A DNA stretch of 64,000 bases, taken from assembly GCA_964423575.1 (NCBI GenBank), contig CAYRFF010000008.1:10669-74668 (forward strand), in the 5' to 3' direction. Under the pieces are notes generated by a model, which saw nothing but the letters and a program-made list of their open reading frames with translations, was not told the origin of the DNA and ran no database searches. The translations under genes were made by a program, and so were the position numbers. Each line of letters starts with the position of its first letter. Position 1 is the first letter of the stretch. This document shows, one piece after another, positions 1 through 9,808 of this stretch. Origin of the DNA: an uncultured Saprospiraceae bacterium (GTDB lineage Bacteria; Bacteroidota; Bacteroidia; Chitinophagales; Saprospiraceae).

Positions 1-1
1 A

Positions 2-1342
2 ATATTTGCAATTATCCTGCTGGTGACCGTCTTCATGGCGTGGCGCAAGTATAAGCAGGTTTATTTCAACATCCATTTAGGTGGAGAGTATGAATTTAAT
101 GGATCGCAGAAGCAATCGCTTAAGAATATGTTCCTCATTGCCTTTGGGCAGAAGAAGATGTTCAAAAGGCTTGTGCCGGCGATATTCCACTTGTTTATCT
201 ATGTTGCTTTTTTGCTTACGCAAATAGAATTGATAGAGATTATCATAGATGGACTCTTTGGTACACACAGATTCTTCCTTCATTACCTATCAGGATTCTA
301 CACCTTTATCCTCAATTTTATAGAAGTACTGTCGCTGCTGGCATTTGTAGCAACATTTATATTTCTCTATCGAAGAAATATAATGCGACTGGCCCGATTC
401 AAGAAGCCCGAAATGAAGGGCTGGCCTACACTTGACGGGAATCTGATTCTCTTTGGTGAGCTTGCTCTTATCATAGGAATTGCGAGCATGAATGGGGCTG
501 ATGTTGTTTTACAACAAATGGGACATAGTGGATATCCGGAGACGGGAACATTAGCTGTGAGTAGTTGGCTTGGGCCAATGCTGTTTGGTGGACTGGAAAC
601 CGGAACGCTGATTGCAATAGAAAGATTTGGATGGTGGTTGCATATACTTGTAGTGTTTGGTTTCCTAAACTATCTTCCATATTCCAAGCACTTGCATATT
701 TTCCTTGCATTTTTCAACACGTATTACGCGCCGCAGGAATCCCGTGGTCACATGAGTAATATTCCTACAATTACCGCAGAAATTAAATCCATGATGGGAT
801 TTGACGAGGAAGGAGCAGGAGAAGAAATGTCCATGGATGATGATATACCTGAGTTTGGAGTTAAGGATGTGATGGGCTTTAGCTGGAAAACGATTCTAGA
901 CTCATACACTTGTACTGAATGTGGGCGTTGTACAAGCGTGTGTCCTGCTAATATAACCGGAAAGTTGCTTTCTCCGCGTAAAGTCGTGATGGACATCAGA
1001 GACAGAGCTGAAGAAGTAGGTGCCAAAATAAGGTCTGGAAGCGATGAATATAAAATCGATAAAGATAAACCTCTGACTAAGGATAACTTTGATGACGGAA
1101 GATCGTTATTTGATTATATCAGCAGGGAAGAATTGCACGCCTGCACGACATGTAACGCTTGTGTTGAGGCTTGTCCGGTTATGATTAATCCTATGGCGCC
1201 GATACTGGAAATGCGCCGTTATGAAATATTGACAGAATCAGCCGGCCCGCAAGAGTGGGTCCCTATGTTTACATCTATTGAAAATAGCGGCTCTGCATGG
1301 CAGATGCCCAATGAAAGAGACGATTGGATCAAGGATTTATAA
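2..1342 (+). CDS. membrane-anchored (Fe-S)-binding oxidoreductase subunit, probably 5-prime partial
   Basis: Hydrophobic helices followed by two CxxCxxCxxxCP 4Fe-4S motifs (CTECGRCTSVCP, CTTCNACVEACP). The ORF track gives 23..1342, but the frame has no stop back to nt 2. Confidence 0.75.
   Translation: MFAIILLVTVFMAWRKYKQVYFNIHLGGEYEFNGSQKQSLKNMFLIAFGQKKMFKRLVPAIFHLFIYVAFLLTQIELIEIIIDGLFGTHRFFLHYLSGFYTFILNFIEVLSLLAFVATFIFLYRRNIMRLARFKKPEMKGWPTLDGNLILFGELALIIGIASMNGADVVLQQMGHSGYPETGTLAVSSWLGPMLFGGLETGTLIAIERFGWWLHILVVFGFLNYLPYSKHLHIFLAFFNTYYAPQESRGHMSNIPTITAEIKSMMGFDEEGAGEEMSMDDDIPEFGVKDVMGFSWKTILDSYTCTECGRCTSVCPANITGKLLSPRKVVMDIRDRAEEVGAKIRSGSDEYKIDKDKPLTKDNFDDGRSLFDYISREELHACTTCNACVEACPVMINPMAPILEMRRYEILTESAGPQEWVPMFTSIENSGSAWQMPNERDDWIKDL
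214..225 (-). repeat. iterated 12-mer ATTTGYGNAAGC, N=T
   Basis: Exact match. Inside CDS 2..1342, antisense. Confidence 0.8.
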
Positions 1343-1359
1343 AAAGCTATCTTAATTAT

Positions 1360-2808
1360 ATGAAGAATTTCATTTTACTCTTATTTGCAAGTGTATCCAC
1401 TATTGCTATGACAGCCCAGAATTCTTGGGTGCAATTATCCACTGGAGGTGAATTCACTGTAGGACTGGGCTCCGATGGGGGAATTTATACATGGGGATAC
1501 AATGGCTCCGGACAGCTTGGAAATGGAGATTTTGGGAATGATAACGTTGGAGAGCCAACCATGGTGTCCGGAGATAACACATATCGTAATGTTGCAGCAG
1601 GAAACTTTCATGCTGTTGCAGTAGGAACTGATAGTACCTTGTGGGCATGGGGTTATAATGGCTACGGTCAGGCTAACCCGGCTTCTTCAGATGAAATAAT
1701 ACCCAGACTCACTCAAATAGATACAAGCCATAAATGGTTAAAGGTTTATGCCGGTTTTAATATTTCCTTTGCGGTTGATACGCTTAACCAACTATATGTC
1801 TGGGGTAGTAACGCCAAGGGAGAAGCCGGAATTGGAAGCAATAACCTTATGATCAGAGATATTACAAAAGTGCCCGGTGGTGAGAATTTCAAGCAACTGG
1901 ATTGCGGTAAGTATTTTACATTGGCACTTGATTACAAGGGGAATGTATGGGGCTGGGGCGATAACAGTGAAAGTGTTCTTACTAAGTTTAACGAAGCTAT
2001 CGAGAGATTACCTGTAGTAATTGATTCATCGAGAATCTATTCCAAGATAGCTACCAGTTACAATAGTTCTCATGCATTGACAATAGATGGTGACATCTAT
2101 TCCTGGGGAAGTAATGAATATCTTCAATCAGGAGTGTTAGAAGCACCGGAAATTCTCGACACTTTGATGAAAGTGGGGGAGAACTCCGCTATTCCTTACC
2201 GTTTTACTGATATTACCTGCGGAGGGATTCAGTGTTTTGCAGCCGAGGGATCTTTTGGCACTTTATACAGTTGGGGAACCAACAATGTCTGGCGATTTGT
2301 CAATGGTGAATACAAGTCAGATACAGTTATAATCGCTGACTCCAAAGCTGATGCTTATGATATGCCGATAGCATCAAAGGGACTAGATGATGGAGTGAAT
2401 ATATTCGGCGGTCATATACTTTTCTTCGGTAAAGGCTCAGACAGGACAACATATTGTGGTGTGGGACCCAACCACGTAGGCCAGATTGGTACCGGAGAAG
2501 ATAGAAGCAAATTAACTGCTATTACTTGTGGATTTGGAGTTATCACTTCAATGAAGAACTTATATGATATGTTGGTATCCGTTAAAGTATATCCCAATCC
2601 CGCCTCAGATTATCTGATTGTTGACGGGAGCGAGAGTGTAATCAATGAATTGCGCATAGTGAATATGCAAGGGCAGACTGTGCATCAGGAGTACTTCAGT
2701 CAAAGCCATATCAGGTTGGATTTGGCACACTTGAACTCCGGCATTTATTATGTCCAATCTTATTTTAAAGATGGAAAAAGAGCTTATTCCAAGATTATCA
2801 TCCAGTAA
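1360..2808 (+). CDS. RCC1-repeat secreted protein with T9SS C-terminal sorting domain
   Basis: Signal peptide MKNFILLLFASVSTIAMTAQ begins at the internal ATG 1360. About 7 RCC1-like repeats are visible (WGYNGSGQLGNG, WGYNGYGQ, WGSNAKGEAGIG, WGWGDNSES, YSWGSNEYLQSG, YSWGTNN). C-terminus VKVYPNPASDYLIVDG...GIYYVQ is T9SS CTD-like. Confidence 0.8.
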   Translation: MKNFILLLFASVSTIAMTAQNSWVQLSTGGEFTVGLGSDGGIYTWGYNGSGQLGNGDFGNDNVGEPTMVSGDNTYRNVAAGNFHAVAVGTDSTLWAWGYNGYGQANPASSDEIIPRLTQIDTSHKWLKVYAGFNISFAVDTLNQLYVWGSNAKGEAGIGSNNLMIRDITKVPGGENFKQLDCGKYFTLALDYKGNVWGWGDNSESVLTKFNEAIERLPVVIDSSRIYSKIATSYNSSHALTIDGDIYSWGSNEYLQSGVLEAPEILDTLMKVGENSAIPYRFTDITCGGIQCFAAEGSFGTLYSWGTNNVWRFVNGEYKSDTVIIADSKADAYDMPIASKGLDDGVNIFGGHILFFGKGSDRTTYCGVGPNHVGQIGTGEDRSKLTAITCGFGVITSMKNLYDMLVSVKVYPNPASDYLIVDGSESVINELRIVNMQGQTVHQEYFSQSHIRLDLAHLNSGIYYVQSYFKDGKRAYSKIIIQ

Positions 2809-2840
2809 AGAAATTAAGAACTAGTAGAATAATTATAAAT

Positions 2841-3662
2841 ATGAATTCAGAAGATAATACAGTACAGAAGCAGAAAATTGAAGTTCCTATCATGGCCGAC
2901 TTGCATGCACAAGGCCAATCACCGGAAATATTGTTTTGGGTAGGATGTGCAGGGAGTTTTGATTCCAGAGCACAGAAAATAACCCATGCTTTTGTGAAAA
3001 TATTAACCAACCTCGGAATAGATTATGCAATTCTGGGCAAGGAAGAAAGTTGTACAGGGGATCCGGCAAGAAGAGCCGGAAATGAATTTGTATTCCAGAT
3101 GATGGCTTTACAGAATATTCAGGTAATGAATATGTACAATGTAAAGAAAATAGTTACTACTTGCCCTCATGGATTCAATATAATTAAGAATGAATATCCG
3201 GATTTAGGAGGGAATTACGAAGTGATGCACCACACGCAGTTCTTACAATCACTGATTAAAGACGGACGTTTGAAACTTGAAAATAACGACGTTTTCAAAA
3301 ACACCAAGATTACTTATCACGACTCATGTTATATCGGCAGAGTAAACGGAGAATACGAGGCACCAAGGGACATTCTGGAACAATTGGATGGAATTATTGT
3401 TGAAATGGATAGAAACAGGGAGAATGCCCTGTGTTGTGGAGCCGGAGGAGCACAATTCTTTAAGGAGGAAGAACCAGGAGATAGAAGAGTGAGTGAAGAA
3501 AGATCTGAAGAAATTGCAGGAACCGGCGCGCAGATTGTAGCGGCCAATTGCCCGTTCTGTATTACCATGCTCGAGGATGGATTAAAATCAGTGGACAAAA
3601 CCGGAAAAATAGTACTCTACGATCTCGCTGAATTAATTGTTGAAAAGAATAATTGGAAATAA
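2841..3662 (+). CDS. (Fe-S)-binding protein with cysteine-rich CCG domains (HdrB/GlpC-like partner subunit)
   Basis: CCG-type motifs are present (VGCAGSFD, TTCPHGFN, DSCY, LCCGAGG, ANCPFC). Size and composition fit the soluble partner of the upstream membrane Fe-S protein. Confidence 0.75.
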   Translation: MNSEDNTVQKQKIEVPIMADLHAQGQSPEILFWVGCAGSFDSRAQKITHAFVKILTNLGIDYAILGKEESCTGDPARRAGNEFVFQMMALQNIQVMNMYNVKKIVTTCPHGFNIIKNEYPDLGGNYEVMHHTQFLQSLIKDGRLKLENNDVFKNTKITYHDSCYIGRVNGEYEAPRDILEQLDGIIVEMDRNRENALCCGAGGAQFFKEEEPGDRRVSEERSEEIAGTGAQIVAANCPFCITMLEDGLKSVDKTGKIVLYDLAELIVEKNNWK

Positions 3663-4181
3663 ATGAAATCAGAGATTTCTGTAGAAATGTTACCGGACTT
3701 GTTCCCAGACTTGCCGGACCATACCAGATTATGGATATATCAAGCCTCACATCAACTTTCTGATGAAGATTGTGAACAAATGCAGCAAAAGCTCGACGAG
3801 TTTTGCTCTACTTGGTCATCACATGGAAAACCATTAAAGTGTGCTGCGACTATTTTATTCAATACCTTTATCGTTATAGGTGTGGATGAGATTTCACAGT
3901 CGGCAAGTGGATGTTCTATTGATAACTCAGTCAACTTTATTAAGGAACTGGAAGAAGATCACGAGGTAGGCTTTTTTGAAAATCTTATCTTCGCAGTATT
4001 GGATGGCCGTGAAGTACGCTTGTACGATATGGAAGCTTTCAAAGAGAAATTTGCAGAAGGTGGTATAGATGGAGATACACTGATCTTTAATAATCAGGTT
4101 AAAACAAAATCAGAGTTTGAACGCGCCTGGATTATACCTTTGAGGAAATCCTGGCAATATAACTTCATTCAGGCTGACTAA
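3663..4181 (+). CDS. conserved hypothetical protein
   Basis: 172-aa ORF whose ATG directly follows the TAA of the upstream gene. No Walker or other catalytic motif is visible. It has coding-like composition. Confidence 0.55.
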   Translation: MKSEISVEMLPDLFPDLPDHTRLWIYQASHQLSDEDCEQMQQKLDEFCSTWSSHGKPLKCAATILFNTFIVIGVDEISQSASGCSIDNSVNFIKELEEDHEVGFFENLIFAVLDGREVRLYDMEAFKEKFAEGGIDGDTLIFNNQVKTKSEFERAWIIPLRKSWQYNFIQAD

Positions 4182-4201
4182 GTCTGATGTAACAGCCATT
4201 T

Positions 4202-4663
4202 ATGATAGATCGCGTTAAAAACTGGCTCGGTATTGAGGGAGTCAAAATTCAACTTGACGTTCCTGCTGTAATTGATGGAAAGTCACAGATTCTATACGGA
4301 ATCGTGAATTTTACAACTATGAAAGAACAGCATATCGAGTCAATCTCCTTCTCGCTTATTGAGACATATACCCGCGGAAGGAGAAAAGATAAACGCATTG
4401 ATGATCATCTGCTTGCAAGAGAGGTAAGAAAGGTAGATATTTTGATTAAAGAGAATAGCAGTTTTGCATATCCGTTTGAACTGCCATTTGTTAGATACGA
4501 GTCCAATGTAGAGACGCTCTCAAGAAAGACACTTCTAAAACCTTTAACTAAAGCAATGAAATTTATGCATGGAGCAAAATCCGAATTTCATATCAGTGTT
4601 TCCGTGGTAGTTAAAGGGAACAAATTACAACCATTTGTCAAGCAGGAAATAAGTATCATTTAA
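4202..4663 (+). CDS. hypothetical protein, possibly SpoOM/arrestin-like fold
   Basis: N-terminus MIDRVKNWLGIEGVKIQLDVP...G.V.F resembles the start of SpoOM-family proteins. The similarity is weak and from memory only. Confidence 0.4.
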   Translation: MIDRVKNWLGIEGVKIQLDVPAVIDGKSQILYGIVNFTTMKEQHIESISFSLIETYTRGRRKDKRIDDHLLAREVRKVDILIKENSSFAYPFELPFVRYESNVETLSRKTLLKPLTKAMKFMHGAKSEFHISVSVVVKGNKLQPFVKQEISII

Positions 4664-4692
4664 TATCCATTCGGCATATAGATTATCTAAAA

Positions 4693-5550
4693 TCAGTTTT
4701 CAAACGGAAATGCTTCTTTTCCGATATTATCCAAGAGCATCTGCGCCTGATCTGCAAATTCGTGGTCAGGATAGTCTGCTATGAATTTACGATAATATGC
4801 TTTAGCACCTATTGTATCCTGAAGCATGTTTTCATAAACAAAAGCGCGTAGAAACGCTGCATTGCCAGCTTCTTCTGCATCCGGGTACTTTGTGGTCAAC
4901 CAATCTATAAAATCGACTGAACGCTTTGGATTGCGGTACATCAGATTCATAATTGCCTCGATGATTTTCTCAGCAGCATCTTTCTTCTCTGAAAGAACCG
5001 TGGCGTAGATTTCAGAACCATCCACAATCTGTCCGGTTACCGGGTCACTAACACCGCCTTCAGACTTTGCTTGGTTAGATTTAAAGATTGTCAGCAGGTT
5101 TCCAAGAGAATTGACGGCACTTAATGACTTTTTGTACTGCTCAACTTGCGGTTCATCTGGAAAGGCCTCTACAAAGGCCAATTTAAACATATCCGCTACA
5201 GCTTTATTTTCCATCTGTGTGCCTGAGATCTCGATTAAAGTGTGCACAATAGCCTTCTTGCTTTCAATCTTCGGATCCGCTTTCATCGCAAGCATATAGT
5301 AGTAACTAGCCTGTGAATAGTCTTTATTCTCATAAGCCATATCAGCAATATTTTCATAAATTGCCGCATTGCGCGTATCGTATTTATTATTGCTGATATT
5401 TTCCTTAACCTCTTGAATGCGTTGTACAATCTTCACTGAATCCAGACCTTTAAAATCCGTATTTTGTACGGTGGTTTCCCCGCATGAAATCAACATTAAA
5501 GAATTTATAAGTGATATACCTATAAATAAAAGAGAATTCCGAAAATTCAT
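4693..5550 (-). CDS. helical-repeat (TPR-like) lipoprotein
   Basis: Signal peptide with lipobox-like LMLISCGE, then an alpha-helical repeat composition (YSQASYYYMLAMKADP, AKAYYRKFIADYPDH). Confidence 0.6.
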   Translation of the reverse strand: MNFRNSLLFIGISLINSLMLISCGETTVQNTDFKGLDSVKIVQRIQEVKENISNNKYDTRNAAIYENIADMAYENKDYSQASYYYMLAMKADPKIESKKAIVHTLIEISGTQMENKAVADMFKLAFVEAFPDEPQVEQYKKSLSAVNSLGNLLTIFKSNQAKSEGGVSDPVTGQIVDGSEIYATVLSEKKDAAEKIIEAIMNLMYRNPKRSVDFIDWLTTKYPDAEEAGNAAFLRAFVYENMLQDTIGAKAYYRKFIADYPDHEFADQAQMLLDNIGKEAFPFEN

Positions 5551-5631
5551 ATACTTAGAAAGTTTGTATTTTTATTAAAACGTGCAATTTATGAAAATGT
5601 GGAACAGTTTCCTTATTTAAATGGTTTTTCT

Positions 5632-5643
5632 GCTTCCGCAAAT
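5632..5643 (-). repeat. iterated 12-mer ATTTGYGNAAGC, N=G
   Basis: Exact match. Intergenic, about 35 nt past the stop of 5680..7134, same sense. Confidence 0.8.
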
Positions 5644-5679
5644 GAACCAAGAGTCCCTTTATAATAATCAGAACTACTC

Positions 5680-7134
5680 CTATGAATAAATGGAAGAGCC
5701 TTCCTTCAGTTCCTCAATTTTTTCTTTAACCCATTGCACATCAGCAATACCATCCGATTTTTCCAATTCATCTTCAAGTTGTTTTATTTTATCGATATCG
5801 CCCGGAATAACGTCTGCAAGTTTCTTCACAAAACTGGTGAGGTTGATATAATTCTTTCTCCTTTCCTCAGTCATTTTTGTTTTATTCCTGTTGAGAAAGG
5901 TCCTGAAACTATCTATAAATGAATAGAGAGGACCTATTTCTTTTAATTCGTAGTAAGTACCCAGTAACAAAGCCTTAGCTTGCAGGGAATAACTCATATC
6001 ACTAAATTCTACTTGAGAAAGGAGAACAACAACCTCGTCATAGTCCTTTTTGTAGTAATGCATTCTTGCTTTATTGAAGTTTACGACATTCTCTCTATAT
6101 GCCTCATTAAGATATTGAGAATAATTATTAATAAAATTATCAACCCAATCAAATTGATTTAAGCGTAGTCCTATTAAAACAACGTTTCGAAATGTAGAGT
6201 GCGTAATCTCGTCATTTAAAAATATAATCCTGTCCTTAATGGAAGATTTATATAAGTCAAATAATTCGTTTTGGTATTTAAGATTACCTCTATTTAATTG
6301 TCTAATACAGAAGTTTAAGGCAGCGTTGTACAAGTCTCGTCCTTCATCTTGTGGAAAAATATTAATGTTACTCATAATCCCTTCCTTTACTTGTTGGAAG
6401 ATTTCTTCATTATAGGGATCAGAAGCTAGCTTCACTATAAGGAAATATAATCTAATGTGAGGTTCATCTTCATAACCATGTTCTTCAATATGCTTAAGAA
6501 TTTCTTCTAGAAATAAGATATTATATTCATGCTCAGCAATATTCTTTTGAGACAAAATAGTTGAGTAAAAACGAAGTTTCTCTGCAAAATAAAACTTATC
6601 CAGATGGCTTATGATTTTCTCAACATTCAGTTTTTCCATCCTCTTGATTTCATACCCTTCTAAATCATAAAGCTCTTTTTCAATTGTGTATTGATTGTAA
6701 TAATATTCTGAGGATCTATCAATTGCTCTTTTAGACTGGGTTCTCGCTGTTTTGATAGCTTGATTTTCCATGACTTTCAAGCGATTAGAAGAAATGCTAC
6801 TTAATAATAAAGTGGCTTTATTTAGTGGTTTAGAATTAAGAGCTTCGATGATTAAGAACTCTTCCACTAGTCTTAGAGAATCGGAAAAATATTTGCGTAA
6901 GCGAGCATCAACATAATCTTCATTTTCATGAATCAATTCCCAAACAGATTCTTTATCGGGCCAGAGTTCTTTTTCAGTATTAGATTTAATTAAATCCGTT
7001 AATAACACAAACAGCTGAGTAATCTGTTCATTGACATTGAAATAGGGCGATTTAATGAATTTTTCAAGTCGGTTCAGTGTCCAGACATCGAAACTTTGTA
7101 GAACTGCGACCAACTTTGTTGAATAGACGGACAT
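5680..7134 (-). CDS. hypothetical all-helical protein
   Basis: 484-aa ORF with no signal peptide and no catalytic motifs. The C-terminal half is TPR-like (MHYYKKDYDEVVVLL, AKALLLGTYYEL). Confidence 0.6.
   Translation of the reverse strand: MSVYSTKLVAVLQSFDVWTLNRLEKFIKSPYFNVNEQITQLFVLLTDLIKSNTEKELWPDKESVWELIHENEDYVDARLRKYFSDSLRLVEEFLIIEALNSKPLNKATLLLSSISSNRLKVMENQAIKTARTQSKRAIDRSSEYYYNQYTIEKELYDLEGYEIKRMEKLNVEKIISHLDKFYFAEKLRFYSTILSQKNIAEHEYNILFLEEILKHIEEHGYEDEPHIRLYFLIVKLASDPYNEEIFQQVKEGIMSNINIFPQDEGRDLYNAALNFCIRQLNRGNLKYQNELFDLYKSSIKDRIIFLNDEITHSTFRNVVLIGLRLNQFDWVDNFINNYSQYLNEAYRENVVNFNKARMHYYKKDYDEVVVLLSQVEFSDMSYSLQAKALLLGTYYELKEIGPLYSFIDSFRTFLNRNKTKMTEERRKNYINLTSFVKKLADVIPGDIDKIKQLEDELEKSDGIADVQWVKEKIEELKEGSSIYS
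6891..6902 (+). repeat. iterated 12-mer ATTTGYGNAAGC, N=T
   Basis: Exact match. Inside CDS 5680..7134, antisense. Confidence 0.8.
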
Positions 7135-7320
7135 AATTTGTTTTAAGTATTATATATTTAATTAAGCTTTAATATATTCTAAGTTAAGTTAGAGGATGTT
7201 ATAATTTACAACTACTGATAATATATTAAATATACTTAAGTGACTGTTAAAATAGAAAAAGCTTTTATGAAATCATAGAAAAAGGCCTTATATTGCAGAG
7301 GATTTTAAGACCAATAGACT

Positions 7321-9789
7321 ATGAATCGTGATGAGCTCTACAAAATATTAGGGTACGTCATTTTAAATATATTTTTCATATCGGGTGTTGCGGCACAATC
7401 TCTTTATACCGAATATGAAGTATTGACAAATGATACGCTAATTTCAGAACCCTATACAGGGGTGAGTGAGATGGTTGTGTTTTATCCCAAAAACGGATCC
7501 CTTAGATTACAAAAACACCAAGGAAATCAGTTTGAATTTAGATACATACCATCTGAAGACTTTATCGGACAGGATACTTTTACACTTGAGTATCTCACCG
7601 AATATCGTGGCAGTCTGAAATACCTGCACGCAGTAATTAATGTCAGCGAGTCTTTCGTATATGCTTCCGACGACTTTACCGTCCTTGAAATGAATTGCGA
7701 TTATACTTATATCGATGTCTTAGGAAATGATTTCTCCACAAGTGGAGAAATATTTGTTGGTGGATTTCCTTTCAGAGACAATCTTTATGTCGATGTGAGC
7801 AATGGACTTGATTCGGTCTTTGTCAAACCGGTCGCCGGTTATGCCGGTCCGGCGCGTTTAATCTATCAAGTATGTGATGATTTAAATAACTGTAGCACCG
7901 CAAATCTGAATATTCTTGTGGTAGATCCGGATGCTGAAACCTCTTCTGATTCATTGTATCTACAGACATCAAGTAATAAATCGGTGAACTTTTACATGGC
8001 TGAAACCGGCTTTGAATTAGGAGTAACCCCATCATTAGGTGTCGTAGATGAATTTTTTGATGGCTATATGCATACCTATTCGCCGTTTCAGAATATTGAC
8101 GGGAAAGACACATTGGTATATTCCAACGGTACTAACTCCAAGACCGTCTTTATTGAAATAATTAAGGAACAGTGGATTAATACTTTTGTGGTAGATGATT
8201 ATTTCTATACCTACCCTGGGGATACGATAACTTTTGATGTCTTTGAAAATGATCTGGTTAAGAATGGTAGTATCAGAAACTTTGTAAACCCGACTAGAGG
8301 TGAGTTGACGAGAATAAGAAACGGGGAATTTTCTTATGTTGCTCCTGAGACGCCCGGCTTGTACTCTTTCACTTATCAGGCATGTATAGGTAGCAATAAT
8401 TGTGAAATCGGGTTTGTAAGTCTATATGTAGGAACATTAGCTCCGGAAGGCTTATACAGATACAATCTAGCTACTCTGAAAAACAGACCATTTGTAATTA
8501 ACTACGATATACCCTTATCAAATTTCAATTTTATTGTAAGTCAGGCTCCGCAGAATGGAAGTATTCAGATATATGAGGGCTTTGACACATTAAACATTGG
8601 ATGCGAGGCTGTAAAAGGTTATAATCTTGTGACGTACACTCCTAATCACAACTTTGCCGGAACTGATTTATTTGAACTTCAATTCTGTGCTCAAAATGAC
8701 GAATGTCAGACTGTAAAGGTTGAGATGGTTGTAGTTGATAAAGAACTTGATCCGGAATCATGCATTTGCGTGAATAACTGTGTATGGCCGGGTGATTTGA
8801 ATGCTGACGGAAAAGTCGATATGCTGGACTTACTTACGTTTGGATGGCACTTGGGTGAAAGAGGAGACGAAAGACCATTTGCTGACAAGCATAGCTGGCA
8901 TGCGCAATTTAGCCCCAACTGGAAGAAAGAAAGCATTTTTGGGTCCGACCTGAAGCATTTAGATAGTGATGGAAACGGTGTGATTGAGCAAAATGATATT
9001 GCTGCAATTGAAGAATTCTTTAATAAGAGAAATGACATTGCACCTCCGACCAAGCCTGCAATAAAGGAATTCCCTATAAATCTGAGATACAAAGGAACTG
9101 AAGCTCCTGAAGTAGGAGATTATGTCGAGTTTGATATCGTTGCCGGAAATGAGCAGTATCCTGCTAATTTCTTACACGGTCTTTCATTGCGCTATGATGT
9201 TGACCCTATGACAGTTGACACTTCCAGTCTTGACTTGTGGTTTACTACTGAATCTTTTATTTCTTATGACGCATCTGTTGCTTCTCTGTCGATAAGAGAT
9301 GGCAGAACGATAAATGCAGGAATAACAAGACTAGATAAGTTTGCACCGACAGGATTTGGAGTGATTGGAGTTCTTGGGATAATCATAGAAGATGATTTGG
9401 ATGGAATTTATACTGACAAATATCTTCCAGTAAGAATCCAGATGAATAATTCACACTTGGTAGACGGATTTGGAAATGTGTATGAAATTGTTTCTGAAGA
9501 GTACGTATTGAATGTAAGGACGGATAAGGTAGAGAATCGCAAGCAGAAGCTTTCAGTTTTCCCTAACCCTGCTCAATCAGGACAGCAGATTAATGCACGT
9601 TTCAATCCAGTTAAATCCGATGCTGAGATTTCAGTATATGCAATGGATGGAAGCCTTATTCACAGAGAGATAGTGTCTGAAGGTACCTATAGTTATGAAT
9701 ACACACATTCATTGAATGGCGGTGTGTACATTATGACTATTAAGGAGAATGATGTTATCGCTACACAGAAATTTATCATTGCCAGATAA
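7321..9789 (+). CDS. large secreted protein with tandem Ig/cadherin-like repeats, a dockerin-like EF-hand pair and a T9SS C-terminal domain
   Basis: Signal peptide, then about 5 repeats of roughly 95 aa ending in GxDxFxY plus C-x5-C (CDDLNNC, CIGSNNC, CAQNDEC). DLNADGKVDMLDLL and DSDGNGVIEQNDI form the dockerin-like pair. C-terminus LSVFPNPAQSGQQINARF...GVYIMTI. Confidence 0.8.
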   Translation: MNRDELYKILGYVILNIFFISGVAAQSLYTEYEVLTNDTLISEPYTGVSEMVVFYPKNGSLRLQKHQGNQFEFRYIPSEDFIGQDTFTLEYLTEYRGSLKYLHAVINVSESFVYASDDFTVLEMNCDYTYIDVLGNDFSTSGEIFVGGFPFRDNLYVDVSNGLDSVFVKPVAGYAGPARLIYQVCDDLNNCSTANLNILVVDPDAETSSDSLYLQTSSNKSVNFYMAETGFELGVTPSLGVVDEFFDGYMHTYSPFQNIDGKDTLVYSNGTNSKTVFIEIIKEQWINTFVVDDYFYTYPGDTITFDVFENDLVKNGSIRNFVNPTRGELTRIRNGEFSYVAPETPGLYSFTYQACIGSNNCEIGFVSLYVGTLAPEGLYRYNLATLKNRPFVINYDIPLSNFNFIVSQAPQNGSIQIYEGFDTLNIGCEAVKGYNLVTYTPNHNFAGTDLFELQFCAQNDECQTVKVEMVVVDKELDPESCICVNNCVWPGDLNADGKVDMLDLLTFGWHLGERGDERPFADKHSWHAQFSPNWKKESIFGSDLKHLDSDGNGVIEQNDIAAIEEFFNKRNDIAPPTKPAIKEFPINLRYKGTEAPEVGDYVEFDIVAGNEQYPANFLHGLSLRYDVDPMTVDTSSLDLWFTTESFISYDASVASLSIRDGRTINAGITRLDKFAPTGFGVIGVLGIIIEDDLDGIYTDKYLPVRIQMNNSHLVDGFGNVYEIVSEEYVLNVRTDKVENRKQKLSVFPNPAQSGQQINARFNPVKSDAEISVYAMDGSLIHREIVSEGTYSYEYTHSLNGGVYIMTIKENDVIATQKFIIAR

Positions 9790-9795
9790 TTTTTA

Positions 9796-9807
9796 GCTTT
9801 CGCAAAT
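9796..9807 (-). repeat. iterated 12-mer ATTTGYGNAAGC, N=A
   Basis: Exact match. Starts 1 nt after the TGA of 9809..10663, same sense, between convergent genes. Confidence 0.8.
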
Positions 9808-9808
9808 T

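Noticed and set aside
1324-1359. Upstream ATG 1324 as the start of the RCC1-repeat gene
   Set aside because: It would overlap the preceding gene by 19 nt and place 12 non-hydrophobic residues before an otherwise typical signal peptide. ATG 1360 gives a canonical signal sequence.
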